Source: Lytechinus pictus (lineage: Eukaryota). Taken from it: a DNA stretch of 64,000 nt. Numbering within the stretch: position 1 is the first letter of the stretch; the number at the start of each line of letters is the position of its first letter. Below, one piece after another: positions 27,416-40,781 of this stretch. The notes beneath the pieces were generated by a model, which was given only the letters and a program-made list of their open reading frames with translations, was not told the origin of the DNA and did not search any database. Where the stretch lies: contig NC_087245.1 of the NCBI RefSeq assembly GCF_037042905.1, positions 5,086,001 through 5,150,000 on the forward strand, read 5' to 3'. The translations under genes were made by a program, and so were the position numbers.

Positions 27416-27711
27416 GTGTTGCCTGCAAGGAAGAAGAAAGCATTATGCCATCAAACTATGGCATTATGAACCAAACATTTTTAGATGGCCGAGATGTTGC
27501 TATGTTGGTTCTTCAAAACTTGCGAGCGAGTGAGACAAAGATGAGCATTTTAAGATATATATTGTGTTGCCTGCAAGGAAGAAGAAAGCATTATGCCATC
27601 AAACTATGGAATTATGAACCAAACATTTTTAGATGGCCGAGATGTTGCTATGTTGGTTCTTCAAAACTTGCGAGCGAGTGAGACAAAGATGAGCATTTTA
27701 AGATATATATT
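27416..27711. repeat. Tandem duplication with a 148-bp unit
   Basis: gtgttgcctgcaaggaagaag at 27416 and 27564. Copies are near-identical. Confidence 0.95.
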
Positions 27712-28119
27712 TTTCGAGATTTCTCCTGCGGTGATAGTCAAGAGAATATTATTCGCATAAAACGTGAACATTATGATTACTCGCGGTCACGCTACGCCTC
27801 TTGAACCACCTCCCCTGCTGCATCCATGATTTGACATCTCTGGTAGATTTCCAGTGGTTATTTAAGAATTTCTATACCGGGGATCAAAAGTGGCTTGCGC
27901 CAAATTGAAGGCAATTGGCACAGCGAAAGCAGTCTGAACAAGAACTCTCAAACAAGTAACTTGCTCTTTGCATTTATATGCGATCGTTTTTGATGTATCG
28001 ATTCAATTCAATAACCCCCCCCCTCTTCATTTTTAAAGAATAAGTAATGTGTTAGAACTGTATTTAAAGATAAAGGATAAGTAATTTCATTGGCTACCAT
28101 AATCATCAATTTATTTTAG

Positions 28120-28316
28120 CTGAAAGTTTAATGTCGCCAGGTTCATCTTTTATCATAGTTGGAGGCAAGAACTCGAGAATACAGTATAACCTTTTTGTTA
28201 CCTTGCAGTCTTTTGGTATGAATGTTGGTTGCACTTCTGATGTTCACAAATCTGTAGGCATGTGTGTTTACAAAGATAAATCTTACCATATGCTTCTCTT
28301 TGAAATGGTTGCATGA
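28120..28316 (+). CDS. Candidate alternative terminal exon (phase 1; ...VYKDKSYHMLLFEMVA*)
   Basis: Acceptor caatttattttag. 65 open codons in phase 1. YKDKSYHML resembles YNKEPYHML of exon 3244-3461. Confidence 0.35.
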
Positions 28317-31300
28317 ATATAGACGTCTATTCTAAATGGGAGGTGTTCAACAAGTCTCCGGAAAAAAAATTGTGTCAAGCCCAATATCGTATGTAATTTG
28401 AGTTTTATTATCAATGCATGCTCTCAAGTTTGTAAATCCAATCATGAAATTTGATCGAGAATGTACACCTTCACTTCATATTTTATATCAGTTTACCATG
28501 CTTATATACCTGTGATTGGTTGATGTCCTCGTTTATTTTTGTGTACGTATTGGGGCGATATAAAGTACGCAACGCCCCCATATGAATTCGTGTATTATTT
28601 AGCTGTCATGGCTGTATTGTGAGTTTGATATTATATCTCTCAAGATGTGACCGACCTATATAACTCCTTAGAATTGAATAAGAAAAAAAAATCTGGTTTC
28701 TCAGGCTTACCGTTTTCCATTTCGCTATCACTGCTTGCTTAAGAACATGCCCCCGAGAAGATGCCAACTAATCTACACATCAGTCAAAAATGTTGAATAG
28801 AAAATAAGGAAATATGAAATAGAAAAAAAACACATGAAAGTAATTTACATTGAATAAAGATGTCTTCTACGACATTCAGATAGTTTTGAAATTGTGGGAT
28901 AATGACAATAATTTATTTTCAAACACCCCTTTCTGCTTTGATAATAACACATTAATTTATCTGTTTTCGTAGGTATTGTCTATCCAACCGTAACTACATA
29001 CGATGAAACACAATTAGTACATAATAAAAATCATGGTCACGGCATACGATATTGAACTTTTACCTAAAATAGCATATGTTCAGAAGTGTCATGTTCAGAG
29101 TCCGATTGAAAATATTTATGGAGGGCTTTTCAATAGCCAGCTATATAATTTATTCTTATTCTAGTTCATTCTTTTGAAAACACAAGGACAGCTGGCTTTA
29201 AGTTAAGTTTTCCTCCAGGACTGTTGATATGAAACGAAGAAGATCCCTTCAACCGCGAATCGAATGAAGCTCTAAAGTCTTTACTACATGACTGAATTAC
29301 ATGTATTAGATTAAAACAAATCGAAATGTTGTTATCTTAAGCATAACTTATTGATATTACAAATGACATACATTAAGCTTAATTTTTGTCTTTGATGCTT
29401 CTCATAATGATTCATGCTCGCGCATGAAGTCATTTGACTGACACTATCCGAACATCAAATTAAAAAACAAAATCTTTTACCATGTTTACTTCATGCTCTT
29501 AAAAGTTTTAAAGGGACACCTTAGTCAGGAAAATGAGAAAAGACGATCCATTTCTGTTCAAAATCATGCTTGTCCTCGTGTAAATTTATCAAACTGATTT
29601 GCTTTCACTGGCAATTAGCCGTAAATAAAATAAAGATTGTATGATTACATGGTTCATTATTACCAAAAATCCGGTTGTTGTTATATGAAATCCTGCAATA
29701 AAAAGTTTTCCTTTGTTAAGATAATGGTACAGCTTGTATTATTCGTAGGAAATAGCGTTTTATGGTCATTTTATTGATGAAGGTGTCACATTAATGAGCA
29801 GAGATAAACATTTGAAGAATGTAATTGTATCTAAATGTGTCTTTTTAGGTCACCATTTTTAGAATTTGCCATTGTCAACATCCAACACTTAAATACTGAT
29901 GGTCAAAATTTTGAATTTTCAAAAAGAAGTTTAAGTTCTCATTAAACAGCATCTAAATGTATATTTTGATGTAATAAAATGCAGTGTTTAATATCAGGGA
30001 ATTTTAAACAATTCTCTTTCAGTCTTATAGTAACGAATATATTGACTTTGTAGAAATTGGGATGTCTGTGTCACATTAGGCACACATTAAAACATACAGG
30101 GATCACAAATTAAAGTGCCAAGTATGTTCATTATATAGCGATGTACATTCTTGATAAATTACAATCATTTACTATGTCATATAGGGGTTCTATTTAAGTA
30201 TTTGTTATTCTGCCTTCAGGATTTACAAAAAAATCTCTAGACAATTATCAAAGCAATTATGATAGTATTGAAGAAATTAGTGTTTTATTAAACATATTTA
30301 GCTTCAAGAAGATTGGCTAACTTTCTGAAGCAACAAAACAAGATGGAAATCAACGTCACAAAATTTGGTTAGCAGTATTGTTAATACACGGCCGGTATAC
30401 TATCTTTATAATCAATCAATGTCTTGAATTTATATCACACGGCCTTTATTTTGACAGAGAATCAGGTTAATGTGAAATAAATAGATAATCATATGTGTAT
30501 GAGTATGCATGTACTTAATGCATGCAGCCCAGAGGTGTATCCTGGTATTACAAACGATCGACATTATTAGGATAAAGAATAGATTGCTGGAACCAGATTA
30601 ATAGACTTTGAAATGACAAACTGTTTCTGTCATTGCAATGAGACCCTAGTTTTAGGAAAAATAGAGAAAATTAGGGAAAATCTTGCATATTTGCTGTCAT
30701 ATTGAGATAGAGTTAGTCAAGCACCCTCATAATAAAACTGTTTCCAAGTAAAAATGGGAGGCCGTTGATTAAAGACCATTGCTAAAAGCACTTTAGACAC
30801 CTGCCCAGTGTAGCGAGTGTTTCTATTTGAACTGATTTAATTCGCTGAAAACTTTTCCTTCTGTCATGAAGTCAAACCTTTTCTAGACCCCCCCCCCCCC
30901 GTAGTATATTACAGTGATGTTTCTTCCCATTTGTAATTATACTAACTCATAAAGTACATCTCCTCTGTGCCTATTTCTACGCCTATGAAACGAGCTATCG
31001 CATCCTGCTCGTGATGAGCTCGAGAGTTGAGTAGAGTTCGATGGTTTGTCAAATTGTGTCTTTTTATCGTATCTGTACCATTTACACGCCTAACCTAGTT
31101 TCTACATTGGCAGGGGTTTATTTCGCTTTTCACCTGAAAATTGATCCCCATACGACCGGGAGTCGTCTCACTCCCAGACGCCTGTCCTCTTTACGAAATG
31201 CCCAAATCGATGGTTTACTATCCACTTTGATATTTTTTAGAGTCTGTAGCGAAAACAATTTATTGTTCGAGACAGATGTTTCTTATAGGTATCACGGTTC

Positions 31301-32020
31301 TTGTTGTATATTCTATTTTACCTAACATGATTATTCTAGCTCTGTATTTTCCGAAACATTGGATTTTTGGTAACGTAAATTGATGCGACTTTGTGTTTAG
31401 GGGAGAGGGAAATAAAGATAAGAAAGATAAAGGTAAAAAAAAGGGAGAGAGAGAGTAAGAGAAAGATTGGGGGCTAATGTTGCCAAATGCTCATGGCTCA
31501 TTAATGATGTACGTTTTTTTTAATAACACAATTTTGCAGAAAACAACTGAATACTAGTACCTAAGGAGCACATTAGGGCGACGAAGATTGGTGATTATGG
31601 TACGTAAATGAACGAAAATTCTAATGCTTTTATTTCGTTGAATGTTAACATTTTCTTCTTGATATTATTGAATAAGACAGCTTCCTAACTACTAAAGGTG
31701 ACTAACGATTTCATTGCTGACAACCGTTACCTTAACTGTTTTTTATAATTTCCCAAGGTATTCAATACCTTTTTGCAATATTGTCCGCATCTCAAGTTAG
31801 GGTCAGTATGATGATAAAGATGCTGCTTTTCTACTATGCACTATCATTAATTCTAAGGTATATTATAATATATCGTTGTTGAACAAATGCTCAAGTCGTC
31901 CTAGATTGGCGTACCTGGGCAATGGGTCAATCTATGTCAAACCCTCTTGGTCCTGGTCAGTATCAATTCCGTTTTCCTTTTTGAAGAGTGGTCATTGGTT
32001 TTACTTTGACCTGGAGAGCA

Positions 32021-32308
32021 TTGTTGGACCCTTCGGTGAGAATCAGCCAATCAGATGCGGTTATTCCTAGTAGCTTGTTGGACCCTTCGGTGAGAATCAG
32101 CTAATCAGATACGGTTATTCCCAGTAGCTTATAGGACCCGTTGGTGAGAATCAGATAGGTTATTCCTAGTAGCTGATTGGACCCGTCGGTGAGGATCGGC
32201 CAATCAGATGCGGCTATTCCTAGTAGCTTACTGGACCCGTCGGTGAGAGTTAGCCAATCAGATGAGGTTATTCCCAATAACTTATTGGACCCTTCGGTGA
32301 GAATCACT
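32021..32308. repeat. 54-bp minisatellite, about 5.4 units
   Basis: ggaccc unit anchors at 32026, 32080, 32134, 32179, 32233 and 32287. Confidence 0.95.
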
Positions 32309-32863
32309 GACAAACGCTCCCTGAAATCCCCAGAGACCTTGGAGACTTTCATTCTGTTAAGCGTTTTTCCTGTGATTTCTTTCGGCAAAATTCACTCTCT
32401 TGCAATCAGAATAATTAATTTTCAGGAACTTGTTACAGGTGTCAGTGAAAATGACTACCAGATCACTTCGTTGTTTTATATTGGAATAACTTGACATCTA
32501 CCTTTCTTATTCATGTACTTATCTTTTTTTCCTATGAATGGCAAAAAAACCCAAAATAAAGCAAATTGTTAACAAACAGAAAGAATCAATAACTGACAAT
32601 GTTGTGAAAGAGTGTTGTATTTTGATATTGCGAATTGTAACCATTTATCAGCTTTTATATAAAAAAGGAAAGTTTTATATCAATCTAAATGATATCATGG
32701 ACCTACTACTCTGACTAGTAAGTCTATGATGATATCAATGACTTCGTTAAAGCTAGAGGTTTATTGGTCATTTATTTTATGGAAGTGTATGAGAAATAGG
32801 CTGTGATGCTGATTTTTTTTATCACCAGTTTAGTTTGAGTTGATTACTTTGTTAACAAAATTA

Positions 32864-33052
32864 GTGCGTTTTTTTGCAACGTGTATTATCCCAGCTAATT
32901 TTTATTTTCAAATAAAAATAACAGCCGCGAAAATGAAAAAAAAAACCCGTAAAATTTACTTTCTCAGTGGGGGTGGCCGCACCCTTTCGAGAAAACCGGG
33001 GGAGCTTTTCTCGAAAGGGTGGGTTGAGGGAGGGGAGTCAAAATAACGCACC
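32864..33052. mobile_element. Small MITE-like element with an internal 16-bp hairpin
   Basis: gtgcgttttttt...aaaataacgcac ends. Hairpin caccctttcgagaaaa/ttttctcgaaagggtg at 32980-33021. Confidence 0.45.
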
Positions 33053-33128
33053 TTTTCATAAAAATGTTTGACATGTTATAGTTTTGTAATTTATTTTCAA
33101 AGTAGGATTGTACCGGACCTTCATGAGT

Positions 33129-33314
33129 GCTTTAGAAATGAGGAATTTACAATGCCAAGAAATGGTTCATTTGAGCTTTAGAAATGAGGAATTTACAATG
33201 CCAAGAAATGGTTCATTTGAGCTTTAGAAATGAGGAATTAACAATGCCAAGAAATGGTTCATTTGAGCTTTAGAAATGAGGAATTAACAATGCCAAGAAA
33301 TGGTTAATTTGAGC
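33129..33314. repeat. 46-bp tandem repeat, 4 copies
   Basis: gctttagaaatgaggaattwacaatgccaagaaatggttcatttga repeated. Confidence 0.95.
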
Positions 33315-35558
33315 AAGCCAACATTAGAATTTTGATTTTAACCTTCTACTTACTTAGTAGAAAAGTACCGTGTATGATGGAAAACTTATACAGATATCCA
33401 TACGTTAACAATACACAGATTAAAGTGAACAATGTTTCCCATTAGACCACAATGATCAAATTTAGAATTCAATCAAGTCTGATGCCATTCACGCATGCCT
33501 GTTATGATGATGGGAATATGATATCATAAGTATGTCCCCGTGCTTCAGTGCGGGGCGAATAATGTAATGTCCCGCAGATAAGAAAAAAAATATCCAGGCC
33601 TGTATATGAAAGTACATTCATCCCTGCAAAGATACATGTATGTGGGTTATGTCTCGTGGAAAAAATGATGAGTAAATGAGTCCGCTTGCCAGGAAGAAAA
33701 TTATTATTCACAATATTGAACATCCTATTTCCCCTGGGCGCAGTTGCCGATAACTAAACCTAACAGTGAATATCATCAATAAAGTGCAACTTTACAATCC
33801 TTGTTGGTTGTATTATTGAATATTGATTGACCATTAGCTGGTATAAACTAATTCATACTAGCATTCCCATAATTTCCCATGGATAAGACTTTCGCGAGAT
33901 TCCATTGGTCTGTCCTTATTGCATAATGTTTTCATGTCTACGAACGATTTCGTAATCACTATTAGAGTTTGATACTAGTGCAAAAACCCAAACACGCCCT
34001 TATTGTAATTCTTTCAATTACGAGTTAATGATGCGTACACCACTGCAGACATCATTTGTGGTGGACATTAGCCCATCGCCTTAGATCATTCCCCAGAAAT
34101 GTAATAAGTGGTAAATTATGTAAAGAGGTCGTGGCACTTGGATGATATTCTTAGTGTTTTAACTCAAGTATTGTCTGCCATGACTTGAATTGGTGAAAAG
34201 GATAATTGTTTTCAAATGAGATATCATAAAAAACGGAAAGAGTAAAAGCTAATAAAAATATTGTGAATCGGTTAAGTTCATTCTCAAAGCGACTTGAATT
34301 AATGATTTCACGAAGTTAATGAAGCTTAGATGAGTAAAATTGTACTTTTTACCTCATGGACCTATTTGTTTACGTGACGATGTGTACGTGCAATTGGTTA
34401 CCGCTCACTGGTCTATCAATATTGCAACTTCTTATTTTGTGTTTCATCATTCTTTATCTAAACTTCATCGTCTACAATATCTATCACAGATAATGCATTT
34501 TACAAGAATTAAAGGATAAATACGAAAGGAGGTCATATATCATTAATTTGACCTAATCAGATTTAATGAAGAATAATATTGGACACCTACACATAACTAT
34601 CAATAAACATGTTATGTCCACAGTCAAACCATTTGTTTTCATTTAATGTGTGTGAAGTAACAATATCATATTTACTCGAAAAAAAATTGAAAAGAAAGTT
34701 TAATTATTTGTTCACTCTACAATGATAACTTATTCGAAACTAAGAGTTTCCGTGATTGCATTGCGAAAGAGACATACTGGGTGAGCATTCTCATATTGCA
34801 ATAAAAATAATTTTTAAGTTCAAAATAATGAAAACCCCGAAGAAACCTGATTTTACTTATTCTTGCTTTGTCCTTAATGGGATCTGTTTGTCATTCAAGG
34901 AACAAGCTTACCGATGAAGGCTGGTTGTAAATATGATACAGGTCACTCATATTTCCAATGTGTTTCTTAGCTTGAACTAAAGGTTAACGTCCTTTCATTC
35001 CTTGATAACTGTAAAAGATTTCTTTCAGCTGAATTGAGAAGCGATTATATCGTCATGTTTGACTAGTGGAGCCAGTTAGGTGACATCACTTTTTAACGCC
35101 CCAGCAGTCCTTTGTAATTACTGCCTGTGAAGCCATCCTATCAACTCAAGATGATGGAAAGGGTTGAATATGATATGAGTAATGATGCTATGGCCGTGAT
35201 TCGATACCCTATACGGCTGCTTCTGCAGGAAGCTCTCTTGTGTCTGATATCTTCTATATTTCATAGTAAGTAAAGTATGTTAAGGTGTTGACACAATTAC
35301 ATGTGACAGAGGGGAGGGGAGTTATGAAAAAGATGTGACTGGGGTAATGTTTGCAAGAGAGATGTGTTGGATGGGGCAGAGAAAATGACATTTAGGAGAT
35401 GAACTCTAGGCTATGTCGCAGTTCATGAAAAAATGGATTCTGTTATTTTTTAGCCTACAGCTCCACAGGACTAAAAATTGCTGCACACTGCATCCACTTC
35501 CAGTGACCAGCAACTCCCAGATTCGAATATAAATGCAGATTACGGATGATAATGTTAA

Positions 35559-36161
35559 AGGTCAAGTCCACCTCAGAAAAATGTTGATTTGAATCAATTT
35601 AGAAAAATCAGACAAGCATAATGCTAAAAATTTCATCAAAATCGGATGTAAAATAAAAAAGTTATGACATTTTAAAGTTTCGCTTATTTCTCACAAAATA
35701 GTTATATGCACAATAATTCAGTCACATGCAAATGAAAGAATCGATGATGTCCCTCTCTCACTATTTCTTTTGTTTTTTATTGTTTCAATTATACAATATT
35801 TCAATTTTTACAAATTTGACAATAAAGACCAACTTGACTGAACCATAACATGTTACACAGTGGTAATTCCACATGTTCAGGGCGAAATAAAACTTTGTTT
35901 CACAGGACAATGAGGAGAAAATCCGATTGTTTCACATTTCATGTAATAAAACACAAAAGAAATAGTGAGTGATGTCATCAGTTCCCTCATTTACATACCG
36001 ACCGGGATATGTATATATAACTATTTTGTGAAATTAAGCGAAACTTAAAAATGTAATAACTTTCTTATTTTATATCCGATTTTGATGAAATTTTCAGTGT
36101 TGTGCTTGTTGGATTTTTATTTTTTATTAAAATCCATTTTTTGTAAGGGTGGACTTGTCCT
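35559..36161 (-). mobile_element. Kolobok/T2-type MITE, copy 3 (intact)
   Basis: TTAA|AGGTCAAGTCCACC...GGTGGACTTGTCCT|TTAA. Opposite orientation to copy 1. Confidence 0.9.
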
Positions 36162-36508
36162 TTAAGGATTAAGCCACCAAGCACAGTGTGGTGTAATGTC
36201 TGTCCATCCATGTTATTCCTCAAACAAAGTAATGGTAACCATGCAAGATTATGAGGATATAGGCCAAAACAGGTTTGGATAAAGAATTTTGACCTGTTAT
36301 TTCGATCTCGTCTCGAAAAATGCAGAAAGATTCATGATCATGAAGAAAAAGCGATTGTATGAAATACAGTGTATGTATCAACCCCATCTTTAAAGAATGC
36401 TACACATTAAATTTCAATCCAATCTTTCTAGAATGCTAAAGATTTAAAAACTTAACGCGCATAAAAGAACCATCGAAATACTGTATCATTATCTTTGTAA
36501 TCCAGCAT

Positions 36509-36687
36509 CATGGCCCTTGGAAGCGGGGGCTGCTGGGGTGAAGCACCCCAAAGATTTTCCTTTTGGGTGCTGTGTCTCTTATTTTCCATAGGCAGCACCC
36601 TCTGGAAATCTGTTCGGTATGGTAAATAGCCGAAATGTAACAAAACGACCTACATTATTTATGAAAAAAATCGTTCCAAGGGCCCTG
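36509..36687. mobile_element. hAT-type MITE
   Basis: TIR CATGGCCCTTGGAA...TTCCAAGGGCCCTG. 8-bp flanks tccagcat/tgcagtat match at 6 of 8. Confidence 0.7.
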
Positions 36688-38202
36688 TGCAGTATATTTT
36701 TACGCGGAATGGACATTTTTATTCCGAGTAATTATGTTACAGATGGTATTAATATGATACTATTTATTTAGGTATATTTCAAACGTATTTTCATTTCATT
36801 CCATTGAAATGAGCTTTAAAGCGGACAGATGACAACGTTTTTTTATTTGCTTCCATCCATTCTATCTGCTGGGTCTTTCGTTTATATTAAGATTAAAGTT
36901 ATTGACTTCAAAAATCGTGATATCAAGAGAAAAAAATCATACTCTTTGATTTTAGATATGAAGACAATTTTTTTGTCTTTAATTAATTGATCCCAATTAG
37001 AGTAATTTATGTAGAATATTTGACGGGGACTTTATGCTGTTTTTTTCAAGGATGGGCCGTAAATGGAGTTATTTTGGTCTGCTATTTATCCCTAGAAGCA
37101 AATATCTGATAACTTTAGTACATTCAATGGAGGTAGGCTTATTCCATTGAATTACGATTTCCCAATTAAGCACAATATTGATGATTATAAAGCGCAGATC
37201 AATCATATATATATATATATAGTCAAATAATTTGTGTGATTATTTATTGATAATTTATTGATAATTTCAATGGACGACAGATCTCAGCGACCGAAATAAT
37301 ACAAGACTCACATCTTAAGATGTTCTTTTCATAGTGCTGCGCCATCCAATCTGAGTATCTATTCCAAATTGCTATTGTCTATGTAAAATGTGAGACTTAC
37401 CTAATTTGTAATTATACATAATTACCCCGTTTTAAAAAATATTCATGGGCTTGCCAATTCACCATTGACATGAGAAAGTGTAGAATCTTACTTGATTTCG
37501 TCTCATCAAAAAGTGGAAGTGACATAAACATATCCCATTGAGGTTGAAGAAGTAGTCTTCCACATAAGTATTGGGGGTGCACTGTGTCATTGCCATGAAG
37601 GAATCACCCTGATATCATGCATAAATCATGAGGTGATAGACGCCAAGAGGATATTGACAGAAGACTGATGGATTTAAGATTTTCGTATTTTCTCTTCAAA
37701 GGGCTCGGAACTGCCAGGATACCCATTTAATATGAATGACGGTGCTTAATTTTCGTCAGCTTTTGTATTCATAATGAGTTTTGATATTTGGGACAATGAT
37801 TCTTGTAGATCAACACACCTGCGTACGCCCACACGGACTTACCAGGAAAATCTTGGAATGTCTTTGGGCACACATTTTGCTAACAGGCATAAGTGTCATT
37901 ACAAGCCAGTCTAACATTGATGCGTCTTTAACATTCGGTTTACGATTATCGTATAGGATATTCGTATCTTGATAATCGCAGGATCTCCTAAAGGTGGCTT
38001 GCGACGTCTATGTGATTATCGTACGATTTTCTTATGGATTCATGATCATTAAAGGGTCGGTTCATTTGTTCAAGATCGTATAATTGTAGCGCTTAAAATA
38101 TTAAGGGTATCATACGATCAACGCAGTGTCGACGTACGATCAGCACAGGGTGCAATCGTTTAATATACGGACTGTCCGCAGAAGAGCATGCGTGCTAGTT
38201 AA

Positions 38203-39388
38203 AGCCCCTTTCACAATTGACGTACGACCTGTTTACGACCACCTGCAACAGTTTTTTCTTGTTGTTGCACGATCGATCCCTTGGTGTCTTGCGAGCACTC
38301 GCAGTCGTTGTAGACGATCGCACAAACTCGAGGTGGTCGGAGGTGATCGTGACTGGTCGCATCTGAACTTTGAACATGTTCAAAATCCAAACGCGATCAA
38401 ATACGATTGATTCACTCGCAACAGGTCGTACCATCGGTCGGGCGATCATCGTGTGAGTGTTGTTCAACGTTGTACGACTTGGTGCGAGAGGTGGCACAAC
38501 TAAGTATAGTCGCATTTAGTCGACTGGAGGTCGTACAACACTTGCACATGTGCTGGAGACCTACAGAGACCAGTCTTGCGACTGGGTGCGATAATATGAG
38601 ACTGTTGCAAGACCGATCGAAATTACGGCTTACTACATTCCACTACCGTTGCATTCGCATGTATGCGACCGTTCAGCCCCTTTCACAATTGACGTCCGAC
38701 CAGTTTACGACCGCCTGCAACAGTTTTTTCTTGTTGTTGCACGATCGATCTCTTGGTGTCTTGCGAGCACTCGCAGTCGTTGTAGACGGTCGCACGAACT
38801 CGAGGTGGTCGTGGCTGGTCACATCTGAACTTTGAACATGTTCAAAATCCGAACGCGATCAAATACGATCGATTCACTCGCATCAGGCCGTACCCGGGAT
38901 CGTACCATCGGTCGGGCGATCATCGTGTGAGTGTTGTTCAACGTTGTACGACTTGGTGCGAGAGGTGGCACAACTAAGTAGTCGCATTTACTTGACTGGA
39001 GGTCGTGCAACACTTGCACATGTGCAAGCGACCTACATGTACAGAGACCTGTCTTGCGACTGGTTGCGATAATAATATGGGCCTTAAGACTGTTGCAAGA
39101 CCGATCGCAACGGCTTACAACATTGCACTACCATTTCATTCGCATGTATGCGACCGTTCCACTCGCAATCCCTCGTGCAACACTCGCATGTGATCGCACG
39201 AGCACAATAAGAGCATATGCGACTTACTCGTGCAACGGGGTTTACTGGTTGTTTTTGTTGTACGACAGCTGTTGCAACTGTGAAAGCCTCTGTGCGATCT
39301 TATGAGATGACTAGCGATTGATGCCTGTTGCAGCCTGTCGCACGACCAAAAGGTCGCAAATGGTCGTACGTCAATTGTGAAAGGGGCT
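38203..39388. mobile_element. Harbinger-like non-autonomous element with a duplicated left arm
   Basis: TIR AGCCCCTTTCACAATTGACGTACGACC...GGTCGTACGTCAATTGTGAAAGGGGCT. TAA/TTA flanks. Second left end at 38675. Confidence 0.85.
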
Positions 39389-40710
39389 TTAGTGACACCC
39401 TACGATCAGCGAAGAACAGTACTATTAGAATAGGGATACCAGTACGAACTGAAAAAAAATCGTCCGATGGCTGAAAATAATTTAAGCACAAAAAATCGTA
39501 GCTGTAGCCCCCTACGATGCCACATAAACTTCGCGGACTAATTCATCGTAATATGGTAGTAACAAGTGTAAACGAGGAATAAATGATGATGGAAAGTGCA
39601 GAGCGTACCACATTAAGTGACTGTCGAACAACGATACGAGATTAAAATATTCCACATAAAATTATCATCTTTTATCTCCCCTTCTCTTTTTTCCAACGGA
39701 TACGTACCCCACAGATATAGATAAATTAAAAATGGTTATGACGTGACAATCAAGAATTGCAGCCGGGCTACTTTGCCACAAACTTTCATCATATTGATTA
39801 CAAGGACTCATTTTCTTATTAATGTAGTCATGGTATCGTCATTGGGCAATTATTTGGAATCAATTGGCATAAACATCAAATGTCGATGCCGCCATTTAGG
39901 ATGAGCAAGGGATGTCAAAGTCCAATTTGCAACAACTTAATGAGAATGTTTTACCTTGTATCTTAATTGTATTATCGGGGTATTATACAGATACATGACA
40001 CAGGCCTCTGCATTTTTATTTATTTCTCCTTTTTTTCTACTAATTAAACAAAACATAATAGGGGGCGGTTGCCCCTCTTCCAGTTTCGAAGCTGCTGGAT
40101 GTCAGCACACACATCACGTGACTTACAATTATTTAATATCAAATGACCATAGAGATGTATTACTAGTTTGCATATATCTCTATGCAAATATCCGACCTGC
40201 AATCCATCCTCTCATCGACCAGGAAAATAAAAAATAATTTGTGTAAATCATGATGAAATTAGGCCTACCAAGAACGGATCTTTTAAAGTCTATTTTCAAT
40301 ATTTTTTAACATTCGCCGACAATAATTCAATATCCAAATTCATTATTAGAAGCATGCGTCTCAGTTGATTTTGTTTTCCATTTGATCATAATGCTCTGAA
40401 AGTTATGACATGATCTTTATTTACAAATTCTTCAACGAAAGTAGGAACTGAATTAATGTCATGTGCAAGGATTTCTTACATAACTATTGATAAGGGTTAC
40501 GAGTTTTTAGTGTTACTGCTGAAATTGTATGGTAGAAAACCTTCAACTTACAGCATACGCCTCGGCGTAATTCTCGATTTTATTCACGACTCAATCATAG
40601 ATAATTAACTACATAATTATTTGTGTATTGACGGTCCTCCGTCTTCTTCAGGAGTTTACAATGTGTGGTATCAGATACCACACTTTCTTACCGAAGCCAC
40701 CACGTGAAAC

Positions 40711-40714
<4 letters not shown>

Positions 40715-40778
<64 letters not shown>
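40715..40778. repeat. (AT)n microsatellite
   Basis: About 32 AT units. Confidence 0.95.

Positions 40779-40781
<3 letters not shown>

Noticed and set aside
33129..33314. Regular short repeats, CRISPR-like at first sight
   Set aside because: Head-to-tail units with no unique spacers, eukaryotic context, and no cas genes.
38126..39491. Cluster of ORFs up to 142 aa
   Set aside because: They lie inside a GC-rich non-autonomous transposon and have no transposase motifs.
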